Source: Candidatus Jordarchaeales archaeon (GTDB lineage: Archaea > Asgardarchaeota > Jordiarchaeia > Jordiarchaeales > Freyrarchaeaceae). Taken from it: DNA of 18,436 nt. Below are positions 15,776 to 18,436 of the stretch, one piece after another; within the stretch, counting starts at the first letter, position 1; every line of letters starts with the position of its first letter. A program made the position numbers and the translations under genes. Where the stretch lies: positions 1 to 18,436 of the forward strand of contig JAWCFL010000032.1 in assembly GCA_038858525.1 (NCBI GenBank), given 5' to 3'. Below the pieces are notes generated by a model, which did no database searches, was not told where the DNA came from, and saw only the letters and a program-made list of their open reading frames with translations.

Positions 15776-16978
15776 ATGTTAATAGGAATAGTGGGAAAGC
15801 CTAATTCGGGGAAGACCACGTTCCTCAATGCTGCGAGCGGAGCCAAGTATAAAGTTGCAGATTACCCATTTACAACTATAGAGCCGCAGCCAGGAACAGG
15901 ATATGTAAGAGTAAAATGTGTATGTGGTGAATTGGGAGTAAAAGACGACCCACAAAACTCAATATGTGTGAGAGGTAATCGATTTATTCCGGTGAATTTA
16001 TTGGACGTAGCTGGGCTGGTTCCCGATGCGTGGAGGGGGAGAGGGCTTGGAAATCAGTTTCTCGATAACCTTAGGAGGGCCGATGTACTAGTTCATGTAG
16101 TTGACGCTTCAGGTAGCACTGATGCTGAGGGAAAAATTCTGGAAGCAGGTTCATGGGACCCTGTAAGGGACATAGAATTTCTTGAAAAAGAAGTAGCTAT
16201 GTGGTTCAAACAAATAATAGTGAGGGACTGGCAAAAAACGGTTAGGCAAGTTGAGGCGGGTGTCAAAACGTTAGAGGAGAGTCTTACAGAAAAACTTGCA
16301 GGTCTTGCTATAAAGCGTTCGCATGTAAAGGCGGCAATCAAACTATGCAATTTTGATCCTTCTAAGCCAAGCAAGTGGAGCGATGACGAGTTATACGTCT
16401 TTGCTCACCAGTTAAGAAAGATAGCAAAACCGATTGTGATTTGTCTAAACAAGGTGGACAAGAAAGCTGCCAGGATAAACGTTGAGCGACTTAAAAAGCA
16501 AAACATTGATTTTGTGCCCGCTAGTGCGCTCGCTGAGCAGTTCCTAAGAAAGCTTGCAGAAGAAAAAATAATAGAGTACCTTCCAGGTGATGGCGACTTC
16601 AAACTGGTTTCACAGAAAATAACTGAAAAACAGAGGGAAACATTAGAAAAAATAAGGGAAGAAATACTCCGCGTATATGGTTCAACAGGGGTTCAGGAAA
16701 CGTTAAACAAAGCGGTCTTTGAAACTCTAGGAATGATAACAGTTTATCCTGTGGAGGACATCAACAAGCTTACAGACCATAAAGGACATGTTTTACCCGA
16801 TGCGCTACTAGTTCCAAGAGGAACAACTGTGAAGGAGCTCGCATACATGATTCATACTGAGCTAGGAGAAACATTTATCTATGCTTTAGATGCAAAAACC
16901 AAGCAACGCCTCCCGGAAGATTACGAATTGAAAGATAAAACTATAATTAAGATTGTTTCAGCTAAAGGATTAAGGTAG
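15776..16978 (+). CDS. Obg/YchF-superfamily GTPase of the Ygr210 type with a C-terminal TGS-like domain
   Basis: G1 GKPNSGKTT, YPFTTIEP (G2), DVAGLV (G3), NKVD (G4), an inserted helical region and a C-terminal ITVYPVED...LLVPRGTTVKELAYMIHTELGETF beta-grasp. Confidence 0.8.
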   Translation: MLIGIVGKPNSGKTTFLNAASGAKYKVADYPFTTIEPQPGTGYVRVKCVCGELGVKDDPQNSICVRGNRFIPVNLLDVAGLVPDAWRGRGLGNQFLDNLRRADVLVHVVDASGSTDAEGKILEAGSWDPVRDIEFLEKEVAMWFKQIIVRDWQKTVRQVEAGVKTLEESLTEKLAGLAIKRSHVKAAIKLCNFDPSKPSKWSDDELYVFAHQLRKIAKPIVICLNKVDKKAARINVERLKKQNIDFVPASALAEQFLRKLAEEKIIEYLPGDGDFKLVSQKITEKQRETLEKIREEILRVYGSTGVQETLNKAVFETLGMITVYPVEDINKLTDHKGHVLPDALLVPRGTTVKELAYMIHTELGETFIYALDAKTKQRLPEDYELKDKTIIKIVSAKGLR

Positions 16979-16989
16979 GGCGGGGAAAC

Positions 16990-17157
16990 GTGCGAAAAGA
17001 ATGTCCAAAATGTAGAGGAAAGGGAAAAGTTGAATGTTCTGAGTGCGGAGGGAGGGGAAAGTATGACCCCTATAGCGGGCTCGTATGCAGGACGTGCTGG
17101 GGGACAGGACGTATAATGTGTGATTACTGTGATGGTGAAGGGACTGTAGTAGAGTAG
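16990..17157 (+). CDS. DnaJ-type cysteine-rich zinc-finger mini-protein (four CxxCxGxG repeats), 55 aa
   Basis: Hand translation: (GTG)RKECPKCRGKGKVECSECGGRGKYDPYSGLVCRTCWGTGRIMCDYCDGEGTVVE*. It has four perfect CxxCxGxG units. The start is 12 nt after the GTPase stop, with a G-rich SD-like GGTAGGGCGGGG upstream. It is below the 60-aa track cut-off. Confidence 0.75.
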   Translation: MRKECPKCRGKGKVECSECGGRGKYDPYSGLVCRTCWGTGRIMCDYCDGEGTVVE

Positions 17158-17293
17158 CATGTAACAAGTTAAAGTATCGTCTAAGTTTTTATAGAAAGGG
17201 GAAATAGGCTTCCTGAAGCAAAAATGCAACACCGCAGTAATCTTTTTAATAGGATAGTAATCATGGGTTTGTCGAAGTTAGTTGGGGGTAAAA

Positions 17294-18436
17294 GTGGTGG
17301 CGAAGATAGTTATTATCGGGGCCGGGGCTGCGGGAACAACAGCAGGAATATGGGCAAGGAAAACAGATAGGAAGGCGGAGATAACATTAGTGACAAAGGA
17401 GAAGTATCCGGAGTATTCTCGGTGCGGTCTTCCATACACCATATCAAAGCATATTTCAGAGTTTACAAACCTCATAACGCATGACGCTGGATGGTATTCG
17501 AGTTTTGGAAAAATGAATTTACTACTAGGAACAGAAGCAACAAACATAAACGTAAAAGATAGAACAGTAGCAATTAAAAACTTGCAGAGCGGCGAAGAAA
17601 AAACGCTTGAATATGATGCGCTAGTAATAGCTACGGGCTCTAGACCGGCTTTTCCACCTATAAAGGGAATAGAAGGAAAAAGTAATGTTTACTCGTTAAG
17701 AACTATAGATGACGCAATGGCAATTCATGAGGCGGCAAAGAAAAGTAAAAGGTGTGTTGTTGTAGGCGCAGGATTAATTGGTGTAGAGACAACGGAGGCG
17801 CTAGTTGAGCTTGGAGTAGAGGTAACCCTCGTTGAGTTCTTGCCAAGCGTTCTTCCATTGATGATTGACGCCGACATGGCGGACATGGTAGAGGACGCGC
17901 TCAAAGAGCATGGGGTAAAAGTATACACGAATACTGCCGTGAGCGAGCTAATAGGTGAAACAAGGGCGGAGAAAGTCGTCTTAAAGAATAGAAATACTGG
18001 AGAGGAAGAAAGAATACCTACGGATTTCGTTGTGATATCTGCAGGAGTGAGGCCTAATACTGAGTTGGCGGTAAAAGCGGGAGTAGCTTTGGGAAGCACC
18101 AAGTATATAAAAGTCGATTCGCGGGCGCGAACCAATATTGAGGGAATATACGCAGCGGGGGACTGTACAGAATATGTTGATTTCGTAACAGGCCAACCTG
18201 TAGCAATAGGCATGGGAACAATAGCTGTGAGGCAAGGCAAGGTAGCAGGAATAAACGCAGCCGGTGGGGACGCTGAAATGCCTAAGGGTGTATTGCTTAC
18301 AAGGATAACGAAGGTTTTTGGGGTGGAAGTAGCAGCGGTAGGCCCTATTACAGACTCATTAGAAAAAACAGGAATAAAGCCGATAGTGGGCAAGATGACG
18401 TATTCGAGTAAGCCAGAGTATATGCCGGGCGGAAAA
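17294..18436 (+). CDS. FAD-dependent pyridine nucleotide-disulfide oxidoreductase, NADH oxidase / CoA-disulfide reductase family (3' end truncated by the window edge)
   Basis: I translated 381 codons with no stop from GTG 17294 (GGGGGT SD 5 nt upstream) to the window end. Motifs: KIVIIGAGAAG (FAD Rossmann), YSRCGLPY (redox-active Cys), ATGSRP, VVVGAGLIGVE (NAD Rossmann) and IYAAGDC. The ORF track lacks it because there is no stop codon. The minus ORFs 17278..17547 and 17725..18393 are its antisense shadows. Confidence 0.85.
   Translation, partial: MVAKIVIIGAGAAGTTAGIWARKTDRKAEITLVTKEKYPEYSRCGLPYTISKHISEFTNLITHDAGWYSSFGKMNLLLGTEATNINVKDRTVAIKNLQSGEEKTLEYDALVIATGSRPAFPPIKGIEGKSNVYSLRTIDDAMAIHEAAKKSKRCVVVGAGLIGVETTEALVELGVEVTLVEFLPSVLPLMIDADMADMVEDALKEHGVKVYTNTAVSELIGETRAEKVVLKNRNTGEEERIPTDFVVISAGVRPNTELAVKAGVALGSTKYIKVDSRARTNIEGIYAAGDCTEYVDFVTGQPVAIGMGTIAVRQGKVAGINAAGGDAEMPKGVLLTRITKVFGVEVAAVGPITDSLEKTGIKPIVGKMTYSSKPEYMPGGK

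Noticed and set aside
16921-17232. Minus-strand ORFs 16921..17232 and 16970..17167
   Set aside because: They are antisense to the four-CxxCxGxG zinc-finger ORF and the GTPase 3' end, and have no motifs.
1-18436. CRISPR arrays, transposases, integrases, toxin-antitoxin or other defence/mobile modules
   Set aside because: I saw no spaced direct repeats, no terminal inverted repeats, and no DDE, tyrosine or serine recombinase motifs in any frame I read. The window looks like core chromosome rather than an accessory island.

Overview
Compact, AT-biased archaeal chromosomal window with about 20 protein genes. Many use GTG/TTG starts preceded by GGAGG-like motifs, and TTTAAA-type TATA boxes sit in the spacers. 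Most content is housekeeping: PRPP synthase, a stand-alone RNA polymerase subunit A', long-form HisG, a cofC / cofE-cofD F420 cluster, a radical SAM enzyme, a Ygr210/Obg-type GTPase and a partial NADH-oxidase-like flavoprotein. The standout is a full-length actin (12308-13453) that by eye is far closer to eukaryotic actin than crenactin, MreB or ParM would be. Together with a Roadblock/LC7-like protein, this points to an Asgard-lineage archaeon; that is inference, since no search could be run. Other points worth follow-up:
- A Dus-like flavin TIM-barrel gene is translationally coupled to cofD, making it a candidate missing step in archaeal F420 synthesis.
- A ~210-nt, ~64% GC structured RNA of unresolved class lies at 118-337.
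- Two convincing small genes fall below the 60-aa cut-off of the ORF track: a 59-aa Flp/Epd-type mini-pilin divergent from actin, and a 55-aa four-CxxCxGxG zinc-finger protein.
- The ORF track misses a 381-codon CDS that runs off the 3' end.
I saw no CRISPR array, transposase, integrase, tRNA or rRNA. All family assignments rest on motifs read by eye and need HMM/BLAST confirmation.
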